Positions 25,901 through 33,635 are shown, numbered from the stretch's first letter. The stretch: DNA of 64,000 bases from Bacteroidales bacterium (GCA_017548545.1 JAFYZW010000100.1:29008-93007), one strand, 5' to 3'. The notes: generated by a model not told the origin, from the sequence alone. Made by a program: numbers and translations.

Positions 25901-26965
25901 ATCAAGACGGCATGCGTCAAGGGCATCGGCAAGATACCCGTCATCGGCACAGCAATCAAGGCTGTAGGTAGCGCAATCGAAATCATGCAGAACATCGTGC
26001 CCAACCTGCGACGCCGCCTGTGGTACTGGATCTACAAGGATCTGGGCTACATCAAGGACGACCTCGAAGTGAGAGACGGCAAGCAGCCTATCAACGGCAT
26101 TGTGGCCTCGTGGGATCCCAACGAGATACTGGGTCCCCAGGGCGTGGGCGACCAGCACTACATCGCAGGCGATCAGATCATCAGCTACACCATTATGTTC
26201 GAAAACAAGGCCGAAGCTGGCGATGCTGCCTATCGTGTGCGCATCAGCGATGTTCTCGATGAGGAAGTCTTCGACGTGAACTCAGTGAAGTTCGGCGGCA
26301 CCAGCCACGACGGTGTGGGCTACAACTGGAAGATGGTTCGCGAAGGCAACAAGTTGTCGTGGGACATCGAGGGCATCGAGTTGCCACCCAACGTCAATGC
26401 ACCCGAGGGTGAAGGCTTCGTCACGTTCACGGTCAACATGAAACCTGGTCTGCGCGATGGCACCGTCATCCGCAACAAGGCCGAGATCATCTTCGACAAG
26501 AACACTCCAATCGAGACCAACGAGTACATCAACACACTCGACCTCACGGCACCAGTCACCACCATGTCACAGGCACACTACGACATGGCCAACGAGCTGA
26601 TCGCCATCGAATGTAACTCCTACGATGCAGCTTCAGGTGTCGATAGCTACCAGCTCTTCGTCTCGAAGGACGGCGGCGACTACACCTGCGCCGGACAGTT
26701 CCCCGATCAGGTATTCTACAACGTGCCTCGCGGTGACGGTGCTACCTACAGCTTCTACGTACTCGCCATCGACCGTGTGGGCAATGCTGAAGTGGTCATC
26801 CCCGATGCTATCCCGTTCACCAACGGCATCCATATCATTCGTGCCGACGACCCGTCACTCAGCCAGAAGGTTTATACCATCGACGGCAAGTATGTTGGCG
26901 ACGACATCAGCACATTGCCCGCTGGTATCTACATCAAGGGTGGCAAGAAACTGATTGTGAAATAA
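22916..26965 (+). CDS. T9SS-sorted surface/secreted protein with six pre-peptidase C-terminal (PPC)-type repeats
   Basis: Signal peptide MKTKNIYLLLLALLTLTLPGRSNAQ. One degenerate copy plus five clear copies of a ~130-aa module (DPEPNNxW...DxVDWFK/YxxEVPxDG...TLRLGSLNL...GTYFLRQDRY...GGY). Later a DPNEILGPQG...YTIMFENK segment. C-terminal sorting domain KVYTIDGKYVGDDISTLPAGIYIKGGKKLIVK. Confidence 0.85.
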   Translation: MKTKNIYLLLLALLTLTLPGRSNAQTLENGDVKTARFTETQREVWYTLTLQTEGDAIITVTPVSNVRLDGLDLYAEVDGETHWRTGSSWVDNGYVLTCTDMGIGTYKVRVKGSPTNNATSGTFQIICVLGQPSRMSDPEPNNTWKQAASLTDGVTMPGRMGYQFYNDRDNVDWFKLEVPEDGKLTIETKSDPALRLGSINLFTLKADGSDVSWRTSKDMDGYGRDTTIVFEIPNVSAGTYFLRQDRYIGVGGYQLTYYFTSHSLTADPEPNGTWQEAIELNAGPSVSGQLGYDYQNSTDVVDWYKIVVPDEGTVILTTSSETTLRLGSLNLHTYKNDQTDISWRTSKDMDGYGKDTTVTFTTVNCAAGTYFLRLDRYNGYGTYTLKYTFNANSHQKDPEPNNDWKEASEIKLGTTQQGRLGYTYYNDLDGRDWFKVEIPDEGTLTFSTTTETTLRLGSLNLYTYKGDDLTDVSWRTAKDMDGYNKDTTVVFSIANVAPGTYFIRQDRYNGQGGYKLKVEFTPDPYGPDSFDNNDWSKATEIVSGVTQPGRLGYNYYNDTDGVDWYRFEVPADGEAVFTTTTETTLRLGSLNLYTFKNDRTDISWRTAKDMDGYNKDTTVVFSLPDLAPGTYFLRQDRYNGQGGYALTYHFKKNPYWHEKYDNNTFDGRLELKKGKTIYTTLGFLYYNDRNTEDWYDLGTFTRDIIDITICPDTTHSLNMGNVDWYRWDGTYNDNGSPKLSWIKNDRVERSRITTSYYNNTDESTHLILRVNRYTGQGGYSIVMGEDEDEVAARGPVYANYLGLHVIAGGRNTVRKGVACYNPITICNTSDVRTMPAALVISASNDINIIGFEMPGDLGTTYLPADSVLVEGEDCEGTAVFIVPGLDPWQFYTFNLISEGVGDINFIPVRPGEDVAERIRAFEPISTAIVIGFVVDCAWDIVQDQLGIDHFISRTAGEVLALNDQEERQYRQFMNLTYEQYHGEQPGVAAYTAKSVIKTACVKGIGKIPVIGTAIKAVGSAIEIMQNIVPNLRRRLWYWIYKDLGYIKDDLEVRDGKQPINGIVASWDPNEILGPQGVGDQHYIAGDQIISYTIMFENKAEAGDAAYRVRISDVLDEEVFDVNSVKFGGTSHDGVGYNWKMVREGNKLSWDIEGIELPPNVNAPEGEGFVTFTVNMKPGLRDGTVIRNKAEIIFDKNTPIETNEYINTLDLTAPVTTMSQAHYDMANELIAIECNSYDAASGVDSYQLFVSKDGGDYTCAGQFPDQVFYNVPRGDGATYSFYVLAIDRVGNAEVVIPDAIPFTNGIHIIRADDPSLSQKVYTIDGKYVGDDISTLPAGIYIKGGKKLIVK
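23324..25270 (+). repeat. five intragenic tandem repeats of ~390-399 bp (PPC-type modules) with long near-identical DNA stretches
   Basis: Module starts (codon for the conserved D) at 23324, 23714, 24104, 24497 and 24896. For example, gagaccacgctacgtctgggcagcctcaacctc recurs at about 23875, 24258 and 24660. Confidence 0.9.
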
Positions 26966-26991
26966 ACCTATCATCATACCATAAAAACATG

Positions 26992-27024
26992 GGGGATGTG
27001 CCTCGCTTGGCACATCCCCTTTTT
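26992..27024 (+). terminator. canonical intrinsic terminator after the PPC-repeat cargo gene
   Basis: GGGGATGTGCC-tcgctt-GGCACATCCCC followed by TTTTT. Confidence 0.9.
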
Positions 27025-27110
27025 GTCGGCTCCAACTGTCATATAATGTGTTTTCACCAAAGTTTGCAAGGAAACGTTGTCAAAATATTCTTTTATTCAC
27101 AGAATTTGCG

Positions 27111-27118
27111 TATATTTG
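27111..27118 (+). promoter_or_regulatory. -7 box TATATTTG (djlA)
   Basis: Exact match, 80 nt upstream of the ATG. The leader consists of the 9-mer array. Confidence 0.55.
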
Positions 27119-27136
27119 CAGCAAATAAATGAATGG

Positions 27137-27190
27137 TTCAAACCCTTCAAACTCCTCAAACCCTTCAAACTCCTCAAACCCCTTAATCCC
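27137..27190. repeat. six copies of the same 9-mer family (C/T)TCAAAC(C/T)C in the djlA 5' leader
   Basis: ttcaaaccc ttcaaactc ctcaaaccc ttcaaactc ctcaaaccc cttaatccc. Lies between the -7 box (27111-27118) and the ATG at 27199. Confidence 0.95.
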
Positions 27191-27198
27191 ATCACCCT

Positions 27199-28014
27199 AT
27201 GGCTTTCGCAAAATGGATTGGCGCATTCCTCGGCCTACTCTCTGGAGGTCCCTTTGGAGCCATCGCCGGATACGCACTTGGCTACGTCTTCGACGACTTG
27301 ATCAGCAATCGTACTGACCTCACAACACGGGACTTCGAACCAGGGCGAACAAGTAGTGACAACACCCGTCGCACCACCTACACGCAGCGCGGCACGCAGC
27401 AGGAAGGCGAACGCAACAGCTACCTCTTCTCGCTGCTCCTTCTGTCGTCTCACATCATCATGGCCGACCAGAAGATCATGCATTCCGAGATGGAATACGT
27501 GCGTCGCACCCTGCGCAACAACTTCGGAACTGCCGCTGAAACACAGGGCAACGAGATCCTGCTCCGACTTTTTGAAAAACACAAGTCGATGGGCACAGCA
27601 ATGTGGAACCAGCAGATACTCCAGTGCTGTTACCAGATGACAGGGGCTATGTCGGTCGAGGAACGTCTGCAACTGATAGCCTTCCTCTGCGAGATCGCCA
27701 AGGCCGACGGCACGGTAGCTCAGGTCGAGGTCGATCGAATCCGCGACATTGCCACATGGCTCGGCATCAGCACCAATGAGGTTGACAAACTTCTCCACCT
27801 CGGTTCCAACAAGCTCGAAGATGCATACAAGGTTTTGGGCGTAGCGCCCACAGCTACCGACGACGAAGTGAAGAAGGCCTATCGTCAGATGGCTCTACAG
27901 TATCACCCCGACAAGGTAGCCACCCTCGGCGACGACGTCAAGGCTGCCGCCGAAAAGAAGTTCAAGGAAATCAACGCCGCCAAAGAGCTCATCTGGGCAG
28001 CCCGCGGCTTATAG
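27199..28014 (+). CDS. djlA: DjlA-like co-chaperone (TM segment plus TerB-like domain plus C-terminal J domain)
   Basis: N-terminal [27 protein letters not shown]-terminal J domain [32 protein letters not shown]. Confidence 0.85.
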   Translation: MAFAKWIGAFLGLLSGGPFGAIAGYALGYVFDDLISNRTDLTTRDFEPGRTSSDNTRRTTYTQRGTQQEGERNSYLFSLLLLSSHIIMADQKIMHSEMEYVRRTLRNNFGTAAETQGNEILLRLFEKHKSMGTAMWNQQILQCCYQMTGAMSVEERLQLIAFLCEIAKADGTVAQVEVDRIRDIATWLGISTNEVDKLLHLGSNKLEDAYKVLGVAPTATDDEVKKAYRQMALQYHPDKVATLGDDVKAAAEKKFKEINAAKELIWAARGL

Positions 28015-28020
28015 GCGGCC

Positions 28021-29655
28021 CTACATCCCCTCGTTCTTGATGCCTATCCCAGCATCGCTATCATCGGTGCCCACCAGCACCCCATCATGGAACCAATATT
28101 CGCCTACCTGCTGGCCCTGTTCGTCATAATGACGGGCGGGGCCTTCTGCAATACGTCCGCACAGGGGACGATGTCCATCGCGTGGCGTAGCCCAAATGTT
28201 CCAAGTACTTTCCACACGCTTCTGTCCATTCGGCCAATACTGTGTCCACACGGCCGTATGTATAGCAGGATCCACCGTCCACCCTTCTCCCAGATCATAA
28301 GGCGCAAAAGTGTCAGCAGTAAGATCGCCCGCTGCACTCCAGAACCATGCCTCGTTGAACTCAATCTCGAGTCCTGGATAGTTGGTAGTGGTGAGCACAT
28401 GTATCATCCCATTGTCCGATTGGCGCACGGTGACATATCCCAACGAGGGATGGTCAAGACGATGATGCTGTGGCAGGGTGCCCGGCAGCTGCTTGAACGT
28501 CCATGTCTGACCATTGTCCTTCGAAATACCTACCACACATTCATTGCCATACTTCCATCCGGCAGGCGGGGCAATCTTCTTCTTGTGCATGTACGAGTCG
28601 GTGACTACCAGTAGGTCACCGCTCTGCAGACGGATCATGTTAGGACGTTGAGCCGTACCAAGTGGGGGAATGACACCAGGGGTAGCCTTCTCCCATGTGG
28701 CTCCCCAGTCGCGCGAGATGTTCTGTGGATTCCAACCCTCACAATCATTGTTTTTGCCGCCAATGCTGAGCAAAGTACCCTGGTCGTCGAGGGGAACGAT
28801 GCTCGAATGACGCGAATCGGTCCTTCCCCCCATGTCATGCCAGGTCTTTCCGTTGTCGCTGCTGCGCCATAGGAAGCTCTGCGACCCCTTGGCATCCATT
28901 ACGATATATAGGTTGCCTTCCGGATCACGAAATGCATTGCTAACGGGTTGCGCTGTATAGTCTGATGCCGATTTGTCCAACCGAGGCACGTCATACGTCC
29001 ACGTCACTCCATTGTCATCACTGAAGCACACACGGAACGGAACCATGTCGGTCATCCCGCGTCCCCCGCCGAAGAACCAGATGCGTTGTCCATCGCGAAA
29101 GAGCAGGGCCGACTGGTCATTGCCGCCCTTCGTGTCGAAGAAGAGCTCGGGTATATCCCAGTAGTCGTTGCCCGCACGACGACGGCATTGCACGAAGGTT
29201 GTCGCTGTGTCGTTCTCGGCCAGTCCCACAGGCGTGCTGAAGTAGATGGCCAGCATATCGCCATTAGGTAAGGTCTCTAGGGCTGCCGAATGCAAGTGAT
29301 GATAGATGCCCTCGTCCAGCCCTACTAATGCACCCTGTTCGGTAGGCGTATAGGCCGAAGGAATTGGCAAGGCCATACGTATCTGATAATAAGGTTTGTC
29401 GAGGCTCGGGCCCATTTTAGCCAGAGCATTGTCCTGCCGCACGCGCTGCTGCGTTTGTGGTATGAATGCACGCTCTTTTATTACGTAGGTAATCTTGTTC
29501 CCAGCGGAATCGCAGACACTCATGTTGTCACCCGCTGTAAACTGCGAAGCCACCACGGTAAGTGTGTCATCCCGTCGTGCTACATCGTCCGTCATAGCTT
29601 CGCATGCCATTATCGATGCCACGACACCAATAATCAAAAAAAGTCTCGTGTTCAT
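28021..29655 (-). CDS. BNR/Asp-box repeat glycosyl hydrolase (exo-alpha-sialidase-like) with a MORN/YwqK-like C-terminal tail
   Basis: Four Asp boxes (SDDNGVTW, SSDNGKTW, SRDWGATW, SKDNGQTW). Signal/lipoprotein-like N-terminus MNTRLFLIIGVVASIMAC. Start trimmed to the ATG at 29655, with a -7 box 37 nt upstream. Confidence 0.7.
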   Translation of the reverse strand: MNTRLFLIIGVVASIMACEAMTDDVARRDDTLTVVASQFTAGDNMSVCDSAGNKITYVIKERAFIPQTQQRVRQDNALAKMGPSLDKPYYQIRMALPIPSAYTPTEQGALVGLDEGIYHHLHSAALETLPNGDMLAIYFSTPVGLAENDTATTFVQCRRRAGNDYWDIPELFFDTKGGNDQSALLFRDGQRIWFFGGGRGMTDMVPFRVCFSDDNGVTWTYDVPRLDKSASDYTAQPVSNAFRDPEGNLYIVMDAKGSQSFLWRSSDNGKTWHDMGGRTDSRHSSIVPLDDQGTLLSIGGKNNDCEGWNPQNISRDWGATWEKATPGVIPPLGTAQRPNMIRLQSGDLLVVTDSYMHKKKIAPPAGWKYGNECVVGISKDNGQTWTFKQLPGTLPQHHRLDHPSLGYVTVRQSDNGMIHVLTTTNYPGLEIEFNEAWFWSAAGDLTADTFAPYDLGEGWTVDPAIHTAVWTQYWPNGQKRVESTWNIWATPRDGHRPLCGRIAEGPARHYDEQGQQVGEYWFHDGVLVGTDDSDAGIGIKNEGM

Positions 29656-29692
29656 AAACTGTTTCTCTGTATAAGTGGTTTGAAGTGTGCTG

Positions 29693-29700
29693 CAAATATA
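29693..29700 (-). promoter_or_regulatory. -7 box TATATTTG (BNR/sialidase-like gene)
   Basis: Exact match, 37 nt upstream of the ATG at 29655. Confidence 0.55.
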
Positions 29701-29774
29701 AGCAATATCCCCGACATATCCAAATGTTCTGGCAAAAAACAAAGCGAAAATTTGGAGTTACCCCAAAAAACGCG

Positions 29775-29782
29775 TATCTTTG
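29775..29782 (+). promoter_or_regulatory. -7 box TATCTTTG (cutC), 4 nt from the ATG
   Basis: Exact match. The ATG is at 29787. Confidence 0.55.
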
Positions 29783-29786
29783 CCGC

Positions 29787-30473
29787 ATGAGAATAGTTGA
29801 AATATGTGCGGGCGACTTCCAAAGCGCCCAAGCTGCTGTGCTGGGCGGTGCCCAACGCATCGAACTCTGCTCGGCCCTACCCCTCGACGGGTTAACTCCC
29901 TCCGCTGGACTCATCAAGGCGGCACGTAGTCTGGAGGGCATCAAGCTCCACGTCCTCATCCGTCCACGTGAAGGGGATTTTGTCTATGATGCCACGGAAA
30001 CCGATGTCATGCTTCACGACATTCGTCTCGCCCACAAGCTAGGTGCCGATGGTGTAGTCATTGGCGCATTGACTCCCGATGGAGACATCGACATCCCGAC
30101 CTGTCGTCACCTTATCGAAGCCGCCGAGGGTATGCAAGTGACCTTCCACCGCGCCTTCGATTGCACTCGCAATCCACAATGCGCCCTCGAAGAAATAATC
30201 GCCCTGGGTTGCACACGCCTTCTCACCTCCGGTCAAGCTCCCACAGCCGAAGCGGGCATCCCCTTACTTCGCGAACTTGTCCACCAGGCCAACGGCCGCA
30301 TCATCATCATGCCAGGTGCCGGCGTCACTCCCTCCAATGCCCGATGCATCCTCGACGAAACTGGAGCCACAGAGATTCACGGCTCATTCCGCTCACTCCA
30401 CAACGGCATCATGACCACCGATCCCAACTTGGTCCGCCAAACGATCCTCGCTATAAACCAAGACCCCCTCTAA
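29787..30473 (+). CDS. cutC: copper homeostasis protein CutC
   Basis: MRIVEICAGDFQSAQAAVLGGAQRIELCSALPLDGLTPSAGLI... is the CutC TIM-barrel family signature. Start at the ATG at 29787, 4 nt after the -7 box. Confidence 0.85.
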   Translation: MRIVEICAGDFQSAQAAVLGGAQRIELCSALPLDGLTPSAGLIKAARSLEGIKLHVLIRPREGDFVYDATETDVMLHDIRLAHKLGADGVVIGALTPDGDIDIPTCRHLIEAAEGMQVTFHRAFDCTRNPQCALEEIIALGCTRLLTSGQAPTAEAGIPLLRELVHQANGRIIIMPGAGVTPSNARCILDETGATEIHGSFRSLHNGIMTTDPNLVRQTILAINQDPL

Positions 30474-30561
30474 TCCCCCTGCATAGGGGGAAGAACCAAA
30501 CCCCGACAAGCAAGTCCTCCCCCTAAGCAGGGGGACCGAGGGGGTCTCCTCTTCCCACCTT

Positions 30562-33060
30562 ATGAAACCCCTCCTCATAGCCACCGCCCTGCTCGCCCTC
30601 TCCGCCTGCACCACCGTTCCCCATCAAACCACCCGTGACGAAGCGCTCGACTTCCTCTACGCCTCCATGCCCTTGCCCGATAGTGTCGATTACAGCCGCG
30701 ATTTCTGGCTTGCCAACATCGACTGTTCCCTTCGCGCCCGCGAAGAGATGCCATGGGGCAAGACCATCCCCGAGCGCGAGTGGCGCCACTTCGTCCTCCC
30801 TGTGCGCGTCAACAACGAGAACCTCGACACCTGCCGCATGGTCTTCTACCGCCAGCTCAAGGATCGCGTCAAAGACCTCTCGATGACGGATGCCATCCTC
30901 GAAGTGAACCATTGGTGCCACGAGCGCGTCACCTACCAGCCCACCGATGAACGAACCTCCTCGCCCTTGGCCACCATCCGCACGGCTTACGGTCGCTGTG
31001 GTGAGGAATCGACCTTCCTCGTAGCAGCCTTGCGCAGTGTCGGTATTCCCGCCCGACAGGTCTATACGCCACGCTGGGCGCATACCGACGACAACCACGC
31101 TTGGGTCGAAGCATGGGCCGATGGACGTTGGCACTTCCTCGGAGCCTGCGAACCGGAACCCGTCCTCGACCTTGGCTGGTTCAATCAGCCCGCTTCGCGT
31201 GCCATGCTCATGCACACCAAGGTCTTCGGCCAATACGACGGTCCCGAGCCCGTCATGCAGCGCAACGCCTGTTTCACCGAGATCGATGTCACCAACGGAT
31301 ATGCTCCCGTAGCACGTAGTTACATACAGGTGCTCGACGTCGAAGGCAACCCCGTAGCCGATGCCACAGTGGAGTTCAAGATCTACAACTATGCCGAGTT
31401 CTACACCGTTGCCCGTCATCAGACCGACCGCAATGGCCTAACCTCTATGCAGGCAGGTCTTGGCGACCTCATCTGCTGGGCCAGCAAGGATGGAGCCTAT
31501 GGTTTCGATAAAATACACATCGGCGACACCGACACACTTCGACTGACACTCAGTCATCATACTGGCGAACGATACAACCTCGATCTCGAGATTGTGCCTC
31601 CTATCGAACGAAATACGTTACCCGAAGTCACGGCCGAGCAACGAGAATTCAACGCGCTTCGCCTCGCTTACGAAGATTCTCTGCGCAATGCATACGTCTC
31701 TACTTTCCCCGTCACAGAGGACCCGTTCATCCTCGCCTCACGTGGCAATCATAAAGTAATACGTCAATTCCTCGAAGCACCCGACATTGCAGGACAAGAC
31801 ATCCCTGTCACGCTCCGCCGCCAACTGCTCCTAGCACTTTCCGAAAAGGACCTACGCGACGTCACCCCCGATGTGCTCGTAGATGCCTTCTTCGGTCTAG
31901 ACGCAGTTATGCCGGAAGCCATCGATGGCTTCCACATTCAGTATGTCCTGAATCCACGAGTAGCCAACGAAGGGCTCCGTCCCTACAAGGCATTCTTCGC
32001 CCATGAGATACCCGATAATCAGCAAGCTACTTGGAGGGACAATCCGTCGGAACTCGTTTCCTGGATGAATCAAAACATCCGACTCGACACCCTACGAAAT
32101 CCACAAAACCTGCGGATGAGTCCTGTAGGTGCCTGGAAGAGCAAATGCTGCGATGCAGTATCGCGCGATATCCTCTTCGTGGCTCTGGCTCGCAGTTGCA
32201 GGATTCCTGCACGCATCGACCCAGTGACACGCAAGGTGCAGATGGCCTCGGCTGCCGATCTTGTCTGGAAAGATGTGACGTTCCACCAAACCCAATCCGA
32301 AACGTCATCCAAAGGCAGTCTGGCACTCCAATGGCAGCCTACAAAATACCAGCTCGATCCCAAGTACTACATCCATTTCACACTTTCCCAAATCAAGGAC
32401 GGCACAGCCTCCCTGCTCAACTATGGGGAAGAGGAAACCTTCCATACGCTCTTTGGTGGCCGCAAGGTGCAGCAGCTCGACTGCGGAGACTACCTTCTCA
32501 TCTCTGGTACACGCATGGCCAATGGTTCCGTGCTAGCCCACGTCGAAGTGGCTCCTGTCGAACAGGGACAGACCACTCGTCTGCCCCTCGTACTCCGTCA
32601 GGCCGAAACGGGGCTGCAAGTCATCGGCAGCTTCAACAGCGAGAACCTGTATAACGACCATGTGCAAGGCCCGAAAACCTTGCTCTCCACCACAGGACGA
32701 GGCTATTACATCCTCGGCATCATCGCGCCTAGCAACGAGCCTACCAATCACGCGCTGCGCGATATTGCCCAATACAAGGACGCCATCGACCAATGGGGTG
32801 GCACCCTCGTCCTCCTCTTCCGCAACGAACAGGAAGCCAATAGATTCAATCTTGCTGATTATCCCCTCCTCCCCAACAAAACGGCAATAGGTACCGACAT
32901 CGACAATAAGATCTTCACCGAGATTTACACCGAGATGCACCTAAAAGGCACTCCGCCCATCTTCATCATCGCCGACACCTTCAACCGCGTCGTCTTTCTC
33001 TCCGAAGGCTACACCATTGGGCTGGGCGAACAACTCAGCCGCGCAATCTCATCGCTATAG
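30562..33060 (+). CDS. transglutaminase-domain lipoprotein
   Basis: Lipobox MKPLLIATALLALSAC. Transglutaminase core YGRCGEESTFLVAALRSVGIPARQVYTPRWAHTDDNHAWVEAWADGRWHFL (Cys-His-Asp). Confidence 0.8.
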   Translation: MKPLLIATALLALSACTTVPHQTTRDEALDFLYASMPLPDSVDYSRDFWLANIDCSLRAREEMPWGKTIPEREWRHFVLPVRVNNENLDTCRMVFYRQLKDRVKDLSMTDAILEVNHWCHERVTYQPTDERTSSPLATIRTAYGRCGEESTFLVAALRSVGIPARQVYTPRWAHTDDNHAWVEAWADGRWHFLGACEPEPVLDLGWFNQPASRAMLMHTKVFGQYDGPEPVMQRNACFTEIDVTNGYAPVARSYIQVLDVEGNPVADATVEFKIYNYAEFYTVARHQTDRNGLTSMQAGLGDLICWASKDGAYGFDKIHIGDTDTLRLTLSHHTGERYNLDLEIVPPIERNTLPEVTAEQREFNALRLAYEDSLRNAYVSTFPVTEDPFILASRGNHKVIRQFLEAPDIAGQDIPVTLRRQLLLALSEKDLRDVTPDVLVDAFFGLDAVMPEAIDGFHIQYVLNPRVANEGLRPYKAFFAHEIPDNQQATWRDNPSELVSWMNQNIRLDTLRNPQNLRMSPVGAWKSKCCDAVSRDILFVALARSCRIPARIDPVTRKVQMASAADLVWKDVTFHQTQSETSSKGSLALQWQPTKYQLDPKYYIHFTLSQIKDGTASLLNYGEEETFHTLFGGRKVQQLDCGDYLLISGTRMANGSVLAHVEVAPVEQGQTTRLPLVLRQAETGLQVIGSFNSENLYNDHVQGPKTLLSTTGRGYYILGIIAPSNEPTNHALRDIAQYKDAIDQWGGTLVLLFRNEQEANRFNLADYPLLPNKTAIGTDIDNKIFTEIYTEMHLKGTPPIFIIADTFNRVVFLSEGYTIGLGEQLSRAISSL

Positions 33061-33109
33061 AACTGATATATCCTGCTATAATCATTTATTAGTCTATAAA
33101 AAATGTATG

Positions 33110-33510
33110 AAGCATTATGTCGGCCGTCAGAGTACTCTATCAAATTGCGCAAGCACTATGTCGCGCGTCAGAGTGCTCTATCAAATCGCGCAAGCACTAT
33201 GTCGCGCGTCAGAGTGCTCTATCAAATCGCGGAAGCATTATGTCGGCCGTCAGAGTGCTCTATCAAATCGCGCAAGCACTATGTCGGCCGTCAGAGTGCT
33301 ATATCAAATCGCAGCAAGCACTATGTCGCGCGTCAGAGTGCTATATCAAATCGCGCAAGCACTATGTCGCGCGTCAGAGTGCTCTATCAAATCGCGCAAG
33401 CACTATGTCGGCCGTCAGAGTGCTATATCAAATCGCGCAAGCATTATGTCGGCCGTCAGAGTGCTATATCAAATCGCGCAAGCATTATGTCGGCCGTCAG
33501 AGTGCTATAT
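33110..33510. repeat. tandem array of about 9.75 copies of a 41-bp unit (one copy is 42 bp), each containing a 26-bp imperfect dyad
   Basis: Units start at 33110, 33151, 33192, 33233, 33274, 33316, 33357, 33398, 33439 and 33480 (partial). Consensus AAGCACTATGTCG(CG/GC)CGTCAGAGTGCT(C/A)TATCAAATCGCGC. Confidence 0.95.
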
Positions 33511-33566
33511 TTCCTCCAATATTACTATTTTTTCTAAAAAGATTTGGTGAATAATTGAAAACTCTA

Positions 33567-33574
33567 TATCTTTG
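33567..33574 (+). promoter_or_regulatory. -7 box TATCTTTG (hypothetical lipoprotein)
   Basis: Exact match, 61 nt upstream of the ATG at 33636 and 57 nt downstream of the 41-bp array. Confidence 0.55.
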
Positions 33575-33635
33575 CACATTGGATAGATTAATAGAGCAAA
33601 ACAAATAATGTATGATCCATAACAATAACAGAATA

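Noticed and set aside
33110-33510. Possible CRISPR array.
   Set aside because: The repeats are directly abutting with no unique spacers, and no cas genes are in the window. This is a tandem repeat, not a CRISPR array.
33017-33554. Three overlapping plus-strand ORFs (177, 144 and 145 aa) reading through the tandem array.
   Set aside because: They exist only because a 41-bp unit (not a multiple of 3) happens to be stop-free in all three plus frames. The predicted peptides are the same repeat read in rotating frames, there is no promoter box or credible start context, and the dyad structure points to a nucleic-acid-level element.
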